DNA from: Rubripirellula sp.
GTDB taxonomy: Bacteria > Planctomycetota > Planctomycetia > Pirellulales > Pirellulaceae
Assembly (NCBI GenBank): GCA_965216875.1
Contig: OZ244207.1
Coordinates: 7,360,001-7,424,000 of the forward strand
Direction of reading: 5' to 3'
DNA length: 64,000 bases
The notes beneath the pieces are model-generated. The model ran no database searches, was not told where the DNA came from, and saw only the letters and a program-made list of their open reading frames with translations. This document shows positions 21,901-31,588 of this stretch, in pieces (positions within the stretch are counted from its first letter, which is position 1; the number at the start of each line of letters is the position of its first letter). A program made the position numbers and the translations under genes.

Positions 21901-24587
21901 ATATTGGTGCTTTCGAAATCCCGCCCGTTGCCACCATCACTTGGGACCAACCCGCTGACATTGTTTTTGGGACGTTGCTTAGCGACACTCAACTCAATGC
22001 GTCGGCGGATGGATCCGGAACGTTCGACTACACACCAGCGGCTGGCACGCAACTTTCCGTCGGCAATGGGCAAGTCTTGTCGGTGTCCTTCACGCCCGAC
22101 GATCCGCTAACGGTTCGCCCCTCGACGGCAACCACTCAAATCAATGTTCTCAAGGCCGACCCAGTTGTCACGTGGAATGATCCAGACGCGATCGACTTTG
22201 GAACGGCCCTGTCGGCCACGCAGCTCAACGCAATTGCGGACGTTGCGGGCACGTTCGTCTATGACCCTTCCTCGGGAACCGTTCTCGATGCAGGCACGGG
22301 GCAAACCCTTGCCGTCACGTTCACTCCGGACGACACCAGCAACTACAACGTCGTCAACGCGAGCGTGTCGATCGACGTCAATCGTGTTGACCCAGTGATC
22401 ACATGGGACGATCCGGCTGCGATCGATTTTGGAACGGCTCTTTCGGGCACGCAGCTCAACGCGATCGCAGACGTGGCTGGCACATTTGTCTATTCGCCCG
22501 TGAGCGGCACGATCCTAGACGCTGGGAATGCCCAGACACTGTCGACCACGTTCACGCCCGACGACACGACAAACTACAACACGGTGAGTGCCAACGTGTC
22601 GATTGATGTCAACAAGATCGACCCGATTGTGGCCTGGAGCCTTCCGAATCCGATCGTCTTTGGAACTGCGCTCAGTGCCACCCAGCTCAACGCGATCGCG
22701 GACGTCCCTGGTACGTTCGTTTATGATCCCGCCGCCGGAACCGTGCTCGACGCCGGAGATCAGCAAATCTCTGTCACGTTCACTCCAGATGACACAACGA
22801 ACTACAACACACGTGTTGCAACGACAACGATCACTGTCGAGAAAGCCGACCCGATTGTTACCTGGAACAACCCGGCCGATATCGCTTTTGGGACGCCTCT
22901 TGGCAATGAGCAATTGAATGCGATCGCGAACGTGCCTGGAACGTTCGTTTACAACCCTGCCGCCAGGACGATCTTGCCCGCGGGAACAGGGAACCAATTG
23001 GGCGCGACGTTTATCCCCGACGATTCGGGTAACTACAACAACGCGATCGCCTCGGTTCTCATCAACGTCGAAGCGGCGCTCGATTACGGCGATGCACCGA
23101 GCCAGTACCCTGTTCTGCTTTCGCAAGATGGTGCTCGTCACACGGTTGGGACGTTGCGATTGGGAAGTGACATTGACGCGGATGCTGATGGCCAACCGAG
23201 CGCCAATGCAGGGTTAGATTCGGGCGACGATGGCGTAACGCCCATTGCGGACGCGGTTGCCGACGTTGCGAGTTCGACCACGAGCAGTTTTCTCGTCACG
23301 AGTACGGGAGACGGGTTCGTCGATGCCTTTATCGATTTCAATGGCGACGGTGATTGGGGCGATGCAGGCGAACAGATTGCGACTAACTTTGCCGTTGTTG
23401 CTGGCGACAATCTGCTTAGCTACACCATTCCTGCTGGAGCAACACCGGGTGATACTGCGGCACGCTTCCGACTCAGTTCCGCTGGCAATTTGAGCCCTAC
23501 GGGCTTGGCTGCCGATGGCGAAGTCGAGGACTATGTGGTGACGCTGCTTGATGCGTCCGCCGCGGCTGACGTGACGATCAACCTTCCCGGGGCTCAGGGT
23601 GACGTTAGCTTTGACTCGGGACGAACCAGCGTCGGCGATGGTTCCGTCGTTCTCTTTGACGCGCCGACCGATTCGATCGGTCAAGCAACCGTTGTTGGTG
23701 GAAGTGGCGACAATCAAATCAATCTTGATCTCGGTGGTGACGGGGTTCCCGCATCCGGTTTGTCGATCGATGGCGGTGGTGGTGAAAATGGTGTCGCGAT
23801 CAGCGGACAAGCTGCTCTCGATACGACTGCAGACGGTAACGTTGACGCGGTCAATGTTCACGTGGTGGATATGGCGACATCTGATGATCTATCAAGCTTG
23901 GTGATCGACGCCGCCGCCGTCGCAGCGTTATCGCCCTCCAACAACACGATCAGCGTGCTGGGCGGAAACGGCGACGATATCGATTTCCAAGATGCTGAAG
24001 ATTGGGAAATGATCGATCCGGTGATTGAGGATTCGCTCTTCTACAACGTTGCATCGAATACCGAAACGGGCGAAATCGTTCGCATCAACGCTGCACGTCC
24101 ATGGCAAAACCCAATTGAACTGTCCGACGTCAACAACGACGGAAACGTGACAGCGAATGACGCGTTGCTGGTCATTAACGAACTGGGGCGACGCACGTTT
24201 TCGGACGATGAGACCGCTCAGCTTGACGATCCGCTCACGGTTGTTGTTTGGCCAGGTGTTTATTACGACCAGAGTGGGGACGGGCGCGCAACGGCACTCG
24301 ACGCACTTCGCGTGATCAATCGATTGGCTGTGATCTTCAACGGTGGTGCCGAATCGGTCCAAGGCATCGTGGGACGATTACCAGAAGCCGAATCGATTGC
24401 TGACGCCAATCCGCTCCAGGGCCCTGACGCGGCAATCCTGTTTAACGATCATGCCGTCGCTAGCTTTGAAGTGAATGATGAGCAGCACGGCATCGTTGAT
24501 GCGATTGCGATCGAGAGCCCGTCCCGGGTTTCCGCCGATTCCGTTGATGAAGTCTTTGGCAACCATCTCGACGCGCCCCTGTTCTAG
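18987..24587 (+). CDS. Giant surface protein (1866 aa): CSLREA and beta-helix/choice-of-anchor-Q modules x2, five Ig-like repeats, GEVED, dockerin
   Basis: Planctomycete export motif RRRRALVESLERRNLLA; CTLRDAI/SLREVI; GGGI repeats; 'LGDNGGPTPTHAL'; DYGDAP...GEVEDY; 'DVNNDGNVTANDALLVINEL'. Confidence 0.9.
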   Translation: MRLRKLLSRSEATRRKTKRRRRALVESLERRNLLATFTVVTGGDAGNGVCSAGQCTLRDAITAANATAGEDTIQFSPAVTNPIVLDAARGELSITQPLQIFGSSTSNTVVSADAAVTPFRVFDMTASATNVTIEGLTITGGRAPDDPGGAIQFQSEGVLTIRDSVITGNTAANGGGIYSLYAGSVVISDSTISGNTALYGAGGGVQVVDGDITVSASLVDGNIALDSGGGLFAQHGGDITVTDSQISNNRTTYSGYNGGGINSGDGNLTITGSTITGNTAEGDGGGIYNYGGAVSISGSNISDNVAAYAGGGILNETGDVTLNQSNLSDNNALYGDGGGLSTISGNVTITRSNISQNRSVDAGGGISTNSGRVVTFESTISGNTTGEDGGGISSSTGLVSLTNTTLSANVSNAEGGGIHSASGPVRLLQSTVTLNQAADAGGGIGVTANDDGEAISIVNSIVAGNTAGQNPDFTAPGNLSNREVVSSLIGDNSGTFLPPSSLGAGSVPLPDARGNLVGGSPRPVIDPMLGPLSFNGGITRTHVPLDGSLAIDAGDNSLAVNPGGDGVPGGGDDAAMTNDQRSFPFVRLADGGSGSVTVDMGAVEVQQAPIFLVDNLSDVVDGDLSEGNRSLREVIALTNASLGADTIQIASHLSGSILLEASNGTLEITDSLSIEGPGADRITITPAVGTQLRLFNVDADDFAISGVTLARGTAATEGGAIRFGGSGKLTVSHSVLRDNRAALGGGIYNDSGDVEIIASTLHRNDGNSHGGGVAALSGTILVHSSTISNNDSSGLGAGVYSVNAQVQILNSTITDNEAGLEGGGVGLIDDDGGETLSIDNSIIAGNSALNHPDFNAPGNPASNLRVRSSLIGDNAGTTLAESNESGGVPQPTADGNLIGGVTGGAIDPLLEPLGDNGGPTPTHALGDGSLAIDSGDATILPADSGDIDNDGDLLETLPTDQRGAVRVVDQLDIGAFEIPPVATITWDQPADIVFGTLLSDTQLNASADGSGTFDYTPAAGTQLSVGNGQVLSVSFTPDDPLTVRPSTATTQINVLKADPVVTWNDPDAIDFGTALSATQLNAIADVAGTFVYDPSSGTVLDAGTGQTLAVTFTPDDTSNYNVVNASVSIDVNRVDPVITWDDPAAIDFGTALSGTQLNAIADVAGTFVYSPVSGTILDAGNAQTLSTTFTPDDTTNYNTVSANVSIDVNKIDPIVAWSLPNPIVFGTALSATQLNAIADVPGTFVYDPAAGTVLDAGDQQISVTFTPDDTTNYNTRVATTTITVEKADPIVTWNNPADIAFGTPLGNEQLNAIANVPGTFVYNPAARTILPAGTGNQLGATFIPDDSGNYNNAIASVLINVEAALDYGDAPSQYPVLLSQDGARHTVGTLRLGSDIDADADGQPSANAGLDSGDDGVTPIADAVADVASSTTSSFLVTSTGDGFVDAFIDFNGDGDWGDAGEQIATNFAVVAGDNLLSYTIPAGATPGDTAARFRLSSAGNLSPTGLAADGEVEDYVVTLLDASAAADVTINLPGAQGDVSFDSGRTSVGDGSVVLFDAPTDSIGQATVVGGSGDNQINLDLGGDGVPASGLSIDGGGGENGVAISGQAALDTTADGNVDAVNVHVVDMATSDDLSSLVIDAAAVAALSPSNNTISVLGGNGDDIDFQDAEDWEMIDPVIEDSLFYNVASNTETGEIVRINAARPWQNPIELSDVNNDGNVTANDALLVINELGRRTFSDDETAQLDDPLTVVVWPGVYYDQSGDGRATALDALRVINRLAVIFNGGAESVQGIVGRLPEAESIADANPLQGPDAAILFNDHAVASFEVNDEQHGIVDAIAIESPSRVSADSVDEVFGNHLDAPLF
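21930..23070 (+). repeat. Five intragenic ~76-aa Ig-like repeats
   Basis: Unit (I/V)TWxxPxxIxFGTxLSxTQLNA...GTFxYxP...FTPDD recurs about every 228 bp. Confidence 0.85.
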
Positions 24588-24628
24588 GAACGCCTAAGTC
24601 ATGCTCCGCATGACAAGTTGCGCACTGA

Positions 24629-24759
24629 AGCTATGCTCGCCAGGGCGTGGTGCATGCAATAGCTGCCAGTTCGTAGTAACGAGCTTTAGCCGGAATCTTC
24701 ACACAGACCGCCTAGGGGCGGGACTACAAACGGCGTTACCACGCGGAGCGTGGTAACGA
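24629..24759. repeat. REP mosaic: half family A, family B (24669-24731), family E palindrome CGTTACCACGCGGAGCGTGGTAACG
   Basis: Direct sequence similarity to other copies; lies between convergent genes. Confidence 0.75.
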
Positions 24760-24771
24760 GGGTTGAGGTCG

Positions 24772-25587
24772 CTACTTCATGCCTTTGATCGTGTAGTAAG
24801 ACATCTGCGGACCGCCGCGCGCCCAGGTTTTGGACCACACACGTTTGTTGTCGTAGTCCACCTGCAACGGAACCATCGTCATACGTGCGAGGGCGTATCG
24901 CCAGGACAGTCTTGCATCGTTGTCACCTTGAACTGCCTCGACAAGTAACAGAACCTCGGGGTCGGTGCCCTGCACAAAGGCGAACATCGCGCCATCAATG
25001 ACGTCACGGGTATCCTCTTTGGGATAGCGGTAAAGCGGCTGAGTCAGCATGCGAAGTTGCTTCATCTTGTCAGGACTCGGCCCAACCTTTGCCGAGAACT
25101 TGCGTGCGACGTGGCGCATTTGTCTTAGCCGCAGCGCGGGTGTCGATCCGCTCATGTTCTCTGGCAGTTCGATCGGAGTGAACTCCAAACCGTCGGCAAG
25201 CGGTGACCAGACGATGCTCTTGTCGTGGTCAGCGATCAGTGTGTCGGTGGCGAGCGATTGAAACTCGTGATCAAACGTGCCAACGTTTGGGTAGATGCAC
25301 ATGGCCACGCAGGGACGTCCCTTGTGCGTCCAAATGAACGTTGCACCTGCGGGCGTCTTGCGTTCGGGATTGGTCCAATTCAGTATCGGTCGCTCGATAA
25401 ATTCAAGCCGCTTGCGTTCGGAGCCAAGGAAAAGGTTGTAGCGCCGCGCGGACTCGAGAAAGTGCTCGGCCGAAAGTGTGGAATCATCAACTGGATCGTC
25501 AGCGTCCACGTGACAAGGAGTCGTCGCGAGGATCGCCAGGCCAATCCAAAGTGAACGGGAAACTCGATTCAATCTTTTGCCAATCAT
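24772..25587 (-). CDS. Hypothetical exported protein
   Basis: 271-aa ORF with a signal peptide; motifs 'LRLRQMR', 'LRMLTQPLYRY' and 'DGAMFAFVQGTDPEVLLLVE'. Confidence 0.8.
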   Translation of the reverse strand: MIGKRLNRVSRSLWIGLAILATTPCHVDADDPVDDSTLSAEHFLESARRYNLFLGSERKRLEFIERPILNWTNPERKTPAGATFIWTHKGRPCVAMCIYPNVGTFDHEFQSLATDTLIADHDKSIVWSPLADGLEFTPIELPENMSGSTPALRLRQMRHVARKFSAKVGPSPDKMKQLRMLTQPLYRYPKEDTRDVIDGAMFAFVQGTDPEVLLLVEAVQGDNDARLSWRYALARMTMVPLQVDYDNKRVWSKTWARGGPQMSYYTIKGMK

Positions 25588-26037
25588 CCCACCAGCCTTT
25601 CCGAATACCCCAAGCCCATTCGCTCGCGCGATCAGCAGCTTAGAAACGATTCAAAACGAACGTAGACATAACGTCTAAATATCAGTGCTCGTCCAGCGTG
25701 CGTCAAGCAAATCAGCAGATCGGAGCCGGAACAAAACGGGGCGGATCGTTGTCGAAGCACGCGGCAGGCTCTACGCTCTGCGAGCCAAGCTCCCAGGCGG
25801 GGTGGTTGCTCGCTTGAATTTCGGATCCCTACAACCGTTCAAATCGTTGTATTTCGGCGCTCGGGATACGATTTGAAAGCGTGACAGGGCATCGCTACCC
25901 CTGCACGATCGGGGATGGCGAGCACCACAAAGGTCTCGGCAATTAGACTGGGGACGCCGAAACCCTGCCCAATCAGGTGGCAAATGCCGTTTGGCAGACC
26001 TCTCCTCACTTTTCCAGCTTCCATTTCGCAGCTTTTC

Positions 26038-29000
26038 ATGTCATCTCGCGCTAACAGAAAATCGGTTGCACGTCGAAACAAACTCCGTCAACGACGGCGA
26101 CGAATGAGGCTTGAATCGCTCGAAGATCGGCGGCTGTTGGCCGTCTCATTTGAGTTCAACTATATCGGTGGCAATGGGGTTGGATTCAATGATCCGGTTG
26201 AAGGGCCGGAGTTTCGATCGGCCCTTGAATCCGCTGCCTCACGACTGGGCGGATGGATGTTGCACGACGCGACGGTTCAGCTCGATGTGCATTCGTTCGA
26301 GTTCACCGGATCGGCTGTGGCGCATGCATCGTCGGCAATCCCACCATCGCCTGCGACCGGTGGTTTTCTTGACACGATCATCGGACAGAAGATCAAGGGA
26401 TTGAATGATGCCAACGGGGCAACTTCCGATGGCGAGATCGAGGTCTTTTTCTTTGACGGCAACGATCCATTCACCTATGTCACCGATCCGACCGAGGTCG
26501 ATGCAGACAATGAACTCGATTTCCAAGCGTTGGTGATTCACGAGCTTGCGCATTCGATCGGATTCACCAGCGCGACCAACGCCGACGGCACCGATGACGA
26601 TGGCAATGGCGTCGGCAGTCCAGGAACCTGGCGTCCCTATGACCGTTTCCTTTCTGACGTTGATGGCAATCGCTTGATCGATGCCGACCCCTTGTCGGCG
26701 ACTGCATTTCAGATGGATGCGACAGGTTGGTCACAGCACAGTGTTGGTGGCAAAGGGCCCGATGCCGGTTTGTTCTTTGACGGTCCCAAAGCGACCGCAG
26801 TGTACGGCGCCCGCGTACCCCTTTATTCACCCGCAGCATTCAGTTTGTCATCGAGTGTGAGTCATCTCGACAGCGAAGGCGCTCCTGACGATTCGATCTT
26901 TTCGCCGACCACGCACTTGATGTCGCACGCGACCATTGATCTCGCTGTTCCGCAAGAATTCACGCTTGTCGAAAAAGCGATTTTTGCGGACATCGGAATC
27001 AATCTGATCGAAGACACGCTGCCGGAAATCACGCCACCGCAAGACATCACCCTTGAAGGCAATACAAGCGGTGGGTTTTCAGGAACCAACGCGGCACTCA
27101 CCGCGTTTCTTGACGGCGCCATCGCGACAGACCTTTTTGATGACGATGTCACGATCACCAACGACGCGCCCAGCCTTTTTCCGCTAGGTCAAACGACGGT
27201 AGTGTTCACGGCGACCGATGATTCTGGCAATGAAGCGACCGCGACGGCGCGTGTGAGGGTGGTTGATACTGCCTCACCCGTCCTTTCGGTCACACCAACA
27301 GTAGCGACCCTCGAGGCGACAGGGCCTTTTGGTGTGCTGAACCCGACCCTGCCGTTTTCACCGACGGTGAGCGATGTTGTTGATGCCTCGCCATCCTTGG
27401 TGTTCAGTTCGCGATCGACGTACCCGCTGGGAACGACGGTCGTTACCTACACTGCCGAAGACAGTTCGGGAAACCAAGCGGCGTTTCCCGTGAGCGTCGT
27501 AGTCGAAGACACGACGCCACCCGACTTTAGCATGCCGTCGACGCTGACCATCCCCGGCAACGTGCCGGGTGGGGCCGACCTAAACAATTCCATTTTGGTG
27601 GATTTGTTCGATTCGCTTGCCAGTGACATCGTGGACCGTGATGTTGCGATCACGGCTTCACCAAGTACGTTCCCCGTTGGACAAACCAACGTCACCTTCA
27701 CAGCAACCGATGACTTTGGCAACTCGACCGACGTGGCTGTCGACTTGACCGTTTCGGGCATCACCTACACCGTGACCACGCTCGATGATGAACTTGACGC
27801 GGACCCCGGGTCGGCGCCTCAAGACTTGAGTCTTCGCGAAGCGATCTCGTTGGCCAACGCGACGGTCGGTAGCGACGAGATTCGCTTTGACCCGAGTTTG
27901 AACGGCACAGTGGTGCTCTCTTCGGCGCTGGGAGCGTTGCAGATCAACGATGGTGTTTCGATCATCGGCAATGGTCGCGATGACACGATCATCGACGGCA
28001 ACGACGAAGTGCGGGTCTTCGATGTTTCCCAGTCGGGCGGCAATGTCCAATTGCTCGGATTGACGATTACGGGTGGCTTGGCAACCGGCGAATTTGAATT
28101 CGGTGGTGGGATTCGATTCTTGTCTGGCGACACGTTGACCATCGAGTCGGCGACCTTTACCGATAACCACTCAATTGGACTCGGAGCGGCCGGGGGAGCA
28201 ATCTATGCCTTGGGTACAGTCGAAATCACCGATTCGATTCTCTCAGACAACTCAACCACTTCGTCGTTTGGCGGTGGCGGCGCCTTGTACCACGCTGGCG
28301 ATATCACCATCACGCGTTCCGTCGTGACTGGCAACCGAACCAATAACGAATTGGCTGCTGGTGGAGGTGCCTACATCAGCGAAGGCGAGGCGACGATCAT
28401 CCAAAGCACCTTCACGGATAATCAAACGGCGGGAGAACGTGCCGGTGGCGCTGGGCTAGTCGTGTTGAGGTCTACAGTGACCATTCGAGACTCGACGATC
28501 TCGGGCAACATGACCAGTGGGTCTGAGGCCGACGGTGCTGGCATCCAGTTAATCAATTCGCCAACCACGATTATCAATTCAACCATTTCGGGTAACACCG
28601 CAAGCGGTGAAGGAGGTGGTTTGTACATCGGTGGACGGCACGTATCGATCCACAACAGCACGGTCACTTCGAACGTTGCGGCCGAACGTGGTGGTGGGAT
28701 CACCACCTTTACCCAGGCAGGCGATGCTTCCTTTAGCCTGGACCATTCCATCGTTGCTGGAAACAGTGACGACGGGACGGCCCCTGATTTTTTGGGCACT
28801 CGGCTTGCCGCCGGAAATGATTCGGTCATCTACAGCCTTGTCGGTGACAACACGGGAACGACTCTCGGAGAATCGCAAACGGCGCACCCAACGACAGGCA
28901 GTCTGATCGGCGATCCCAATGGCGGCGGGCTGATTGACCCGCAACTGAGTGCGCTGGCCGACAATGGTGGACCAACTCAAACCCATTTGCCACTTCAATC

Positions 29001-31425
29001 GAGTCCCGTTCTCGATGCTGGTGACCCTCAGTTCAATCGCTCGATCTTCACGCCACCGTTGGACAACGACCAACGCGGTGTGAACTTTCCGCGAATCGCA
29101 GGTGGCAACATCGACATTGGTTCCGTTGAACGTCCCACCGGGGTGACGATCAACTGGGCCGACCCAGCGCCGATCGTCTTTGGCACCGCACTCAGCGCGA
29201 CCCAGCTCAATGCCACCGCTGACGTGACGGGCACGTTTGTCTACACGCCAGCGCTCGGCACGATCCTAAACGCTGGTGACGATCAGCAACTTTCGGTTGA
29301 GTTCACGCCCGATGATCTCGTCAATTTTGAAGTGACGACCGCAACCGTCTTTATCGACGTGCTGCGAGAAGACCCCGTCATTACGTGGGACACTCCGGAT
29401 CCGATCGATTTCGGAACCCCGCTTAGCGCGACCCAGCTCGATGCATCGGCCGATGTGCCCGGTACGTTCAGCTACACGCCTGATCTCGGCGCGATCCTTG
29501 CGTCCGGCGATGGGCGCGTGCTCTCGACGACCTTTACCCCGGTCGACACCACGAACTTCAATGTCGTTTCGACTTCGGTCTTTATCGATGTGCTCAAGGG
29601 TGTGCCCGTTGTGACGTGGGCCGACCCCGACCCCATCGTGTTTGGTACAGCGCTTAGCAGCACGCAACTCAACGCAACCGCCGACGTTGACGGTACGTTC
29701 AGCTACATTCCGCCGGCCGGGATTTTTATGTTGCCGGGGAACAACCAAACACTCTCGGTGACCTTCACACCCACGGATGCAACGAACTTTGAAAGTGTGA
29801 CCGAAACCGTTCAGATTGATGTGCTCAAAGCGGATCCAGTCATCACCTGGAATGATCCCGCTGACATCATCGTTGGCACTGCCCTGGGAACGGAGCAACT
29901 GAATGCCGAAGCGTCGGTCAGCGGCACTTTCGAATACGACCCTAATCTCGGAACGGTCTTGTCGGTCGGTGATGGTCAAACACTTTCGGTCACCTTCACC
30001 CCCGACCTCACGAGCCGATTCAATGTCGTGCAAGCGACCGTGTCGATCAACGTTTTGGCTCCGCAAGACTACGGCGACGCACCTGACGCGTACCCGGTAA
30101 CACTCGCCGAAGACGGCGCGCGACACACCACGACTTCATTGCGACTGGGCGATGTCGTTAGCAACGATTTTGATGGAACGCCTTCGGCTGCGGCCGACTC
30201 CGATGATGACGACGGCATCACCTTCTTGGCGAGCTTGGTTTCCGATGGCGGGTCGGTGACCACATCGAGCCTATCGGCCGACGTTTCTGAAACCGGCAAG
30301 CTAGATGGTTGGATCGACTTCAACCAGGACGGTGACTGGGACGATGCCGGCGAGCAAATCTTGTCGAGTGTTGACGTTGCCGCGGGAGGCAACACACTCT
30401 CGTTCACCATTCCCGCCGGAGCGTCGATTGGCGATACCGCTGCCCGCTTGCGACTTAGCTCGGCCGGAGGATTGTTGCCAACCGGCGCAGCAGCCGACGG
30501 TGAGGTCGAAGACTACATTGTTACCATCCTTGATGGCTCACAGGCTCCCGATGTTCTGGTCACGCTTCTGAACGCATCGGTTGCGATCGATTCCGAAGGC
30601 AACGACGTTGTTGTTGAAAGCGGTGGCGTCGAACTCTTCGCCGCGCCGCAAGCAAGCGTCGGAGCCCTGAGTGTTACGGGGACGGCTGAGGACGACACCG
30701 TTGACCTGCATGCCGCGGGCGGCACGTTGCCAGCGGGTGGACTCAGTCTTGATGGGAATGGTGGCGATGACACGCTTCGATTGATCGGCAACGCAGGTGT
30801 CTTCGACCTGACCGATCCCAATATCCAAATTGACCGTTTCAACACGCTCGACCTGTCTTCATCGGATGCTGTCACGCTTGTCGTTGACGCAGCAGCGATC
30901 GCTCGTTTGTCGCCGATCACCCGTTCGGTCTTTATCGCCGCCGGCGAAGAAGACGTGTTCGATTTTGAAGATGTCGACAGCTGGCTGTTGACCGACCCCG
31001 CTCAGATCAATGACCGCTTCATTCAGACCGCAACCAACAGCGACACGGGAGAAATTGTCCAGGTCGAACAGCCCGATCATTGGCGAAACTTCCTTCGCGC
31101 TGGCGACGTCAACAACGATGGTGCTGTGACCGCGCGTGACGCGCTTCGGATTATCAACGAGCTGGGACGCCGCAATTTCTCGGATGACGAGACTCAAACC
31201 TTGGTCGATGCTGCCACGCTCACCCCGTGGCCGGATGTCTACTTTGATCACAACGGCGACGGACGCGTTTCCGCGCTCGATGCGCTTCGCGTGATCAACG
31301 AATTGGCTCGTATCTCAAACGTCGTTGATGGCGAATTGGTTGTCTCACTTGAAGACGAAGCCGTGGGGCGGACCAACGTGGATACGTTACTTGCCGATGA
31401 TGATTTCCTCGGGTCGCTCTTCTAG
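26038..31425 (+). CDS. Giant surface protein (1795 aa): N-terminal zinc metallopeptidase-like domain, HYR-like repeats, CSLREA/beta-helix, four Ig-like repeats, GEVED, dockerin
   Basis: RRRRMRLESLEDRRLLA; HELAHSIGF (HExxH); 'FPLGQTTVVFTATDDSGN' x3; LSLREAI; GEVEDY; 'DVNNDGAVTARDALRIINEL'. Confidence 0.9.
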   Translation: MSSRANRKSVARRNKLRQRRRRMRLESLEDRRLLAVSFEFNYIGGNGVGFNDPVEGPEFRSALESAASRLGGWMLHDATVQLDVHSFEFTGSAVAHASSAIPPSPATGGFLDTIIGQKIKGLNDANGATSDGEIEVFFFDGNDPFTYVTDPTEVDADNELDFQALVIHELAHSIGFTSATNADGTDDDGNGVGSPGTWRPYDRFLSDVDGNRLIDADPLSATAFQMDATGWSQHSVGGKGPDAGLFFDGPKATAVYGARVPLYSPAAFSLSSSVSHLDSEGAPDDSIFSPTTHLMSHATIDLAVPQEFTLVEKAIFADIGINLIEDTLPEITPPQDITLEGNTSGGFSGTNAALTAFLDGAIATDLFDDDVTITNDAPSLFPLGQTTVVFTATDDSGNEATATARVRVVDTASPVLSVTPTVATLEATGPFGVLNPTLPFSPTVSDVVDASPSLVFSSRSTYPLGTTVVTYTAEDSSGNQAAFPVSVVVEDTTPPDFSMPSTLTIPGNVPGGADLNNSILVDLFDSLASDIVDRDVAITASPSTFPVGQTNVTFTATDDFGNSTDVAVDLTVSGITYTVTTLDDELDADPGSAPQDLSLREAISLANATVGSDEIRFDPSLNGTVVLSSALGALQINDGVSIIGNGRDDTIIDGNDEVRVFDVSQSGGNVQLLGLTITGGLATGEFEFGGGIRFLSGDTLTIESATFTDNHSIGLGAAGGAIYALGTVEITDSILSDNSTTSSFGGGGALYHAGDITITRSVVTGNRTNNELAAGGGAYISEGEATIIQSTFTDNQTAGERAGGAGLVVLRSTVTIRDSTISGNMTSGSEADGAGIQLINSPTTIINSTISGNTASGEGGGLYIGGRHVSIHNSTVTSNVAAERGGGITTFTQAGDASFSLDHSIVAGNSDDGTAPDFLGTRLAAGNDSVIYSLVGDNTGTTLGESQTAHPTTGSLIGDPNGGGLIDPQLSALADNGGPTQTHLPLQSSPVLDAGDPQFNRSIFTPPLDNDQRGVNFPRIAGGNIDIGSVERPTGVTINWADPAPIVFGTALSATQLNATADVTGTFVYTPALGTILNAGDDQQLSVEFTPDDLVNFEVTTATVFIDVLREDPVITWDTPDPIDFGTPLSATQLDASADVPGTFSYTPDLGAILASGDGRVLSTTFTPVDTTNFNVVSTSVFIDVLKGVPVVTWADPDPIVFGTALSSTQLNATADVDGTFSYIPPAGIFMLPGNNQTLSVTFTPTDATNFESVTETVQIDVLKADPVITWNDPADIIVGTALGTEQLNAEASVSGTFEYDPNLGTVLSVGDGQTLSVTFTPDLTSRFNVVQATVSINVLAPQDYGDAPDAYPVTLAEDGARHTTTSLRLGDVVSNDFDGTPSAAADSDDDDGITFLASLVSDGGSVTTSSLSADVSETGKLDGWIDFNQDGDWDDAGEQILSSVDVAAGGNTLSFTIPAGASIGDTAARLRLSSAGGLLPTGAAADGEVEDYIVTILDGSQAPDVLVTLLNASVAIDSEGNDVVVESGGVELFAAPQASVGALSVTGTAEDDTVDLHAAGGTLPAGGLSLDGNGGDDTLRLIGNAGVFDLTDPNIQIDRFNTLDLSSSDAVTLVVDAAAIARLSPITRSVFIAAGEEDVFDFEDVDSWLLTDPAQINDRFIQTATNSDTGEIVQVEQPDHWRNFLRAGDVNNDGAVTARDALRIINELGRRNFSDDETQTLVDAATLTPWPDVYFDHNGDGRVSALDALRVINELARISNVVDGELVVSLEDEAVGRTNVDTLLADDDFLGSLF

Positions 31426-31588
31426 AGCCGACATGGTCTGAGCGACCGATTCTTCTTATGATGCGGCCAAAGCAGGCAAGGTAATTGCACTCTTTGAATG
31501 ACCGGTGGTCGCCCTCACAGAGGGCAACTCCCGCAAGGCAGGGGCCAGGATCGAGGTCTCGGTCGGCGACCATGCGAAAGCGACTCTG